64,000 nucleotides of DNA from assembly GCA_965153285.1 (NCBI GenBank), contig OZ229115.1. One strand, written 5' to 3'. This document shows, piece after piece, positions 63,437 to 64,000 of the stretch; positions within the stretch are counted from its first letter, which is position 1; the number at the start of each line of letters is the position of its first letter. The stretch comes from Podarcis tiliguerta (Eukaryota). Both the position numbers and the translations under genes were made by a program. The notes under the pieces were generated by a model that was not told the DNA's origin, did not search any database, and saw only the letters and a program-made list of their open reading frames with translations.

Positions 63437-64000
63437 ATCTCTAGTAGCTGCATACTGCAGAAGTTGCTTCGGACAATAGCTGAACCATTATGTCTTTGCT
63501 CCTGTAAATGTAGATATGTGGACAACGCACACCTGTGCCACAACTTAACTAATGTCATTCCAGGATGGCGGGCTCAGAAATAAGCTGTATGTCTCAGAAA
63601 AGGATTTTAGCACACTGTTTGTCTAGCCTTTCTTAAACCAATAACTTAAGGGCAAGGGCCAAGAACGGAGCGTTATGAGCGCTGCGTTCCTGGTTTGTGG
63701 GGCCACTGGTCAGTGGCAAGGAGTTCTGAGCAGGGCTTCTGCTAAGGTGACACATCGAGCTGGGTTTAAGGTCTTACCCTTGGCATAAGAGGGCAAGTGG
63801 GCGAGGATGCACATCTGGGTTCCCTAGCAATTTCCTGTGCCCTTCCCTATTGCCTCTGGATGGCGCCGGCTTACCCATGATGAGGGGTGGAAATCATAAA
63901 GCGAGAACTAGCCATGCCCAGCTGAGAAGTACTGCGTCACTTTGAATGGAGAAACATATATGCTAGTTATAGGTAGTAGTTAGTAGTTAAATTTGTGGGG

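Overview
Vertebrate, non-coding, CpG-depleted genomic DNA. It is almost certainly from a squamate reptile and probably a lacertid lizard, inferred from five Sauria SINE copies and a tRNA-head/CR1-tail SINE of the lacertid type. I could not recognise any host protein-coding exon, tRNA or rRNA. The only ORF peptides I can identify are decayed retrotransposon reverse-transcriptase fragments (CR1, L2 and an RTE-X-like LINE). The window reads as a large intron or gene desert containing SINEs, LINE 3' ends, TA-flanked Tc1/mariner-pogo MITEs, hAT-like MITE relics, microsatellites and several TE-free blocks that may be conserved regulatory elements. The most striking object is a young Tc2/pogo-type MITE at 56742-57726 with perfect 27-bp TIRs and a TA TSD. 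Its interior is about 7.3 copies of a 99-bp GC-rich unit with 13 CpGs, and each unit is a double palindrome, so the element carries a hairpin/cruciform-prone CpG island. The second is a Tigger1-like non-autonomous element at 50837-51166 that resembles the eutherian Tigger1 ends and is a horizontal-transfer candidate. All repeat family names come from recalled consensus features, not from a database search.
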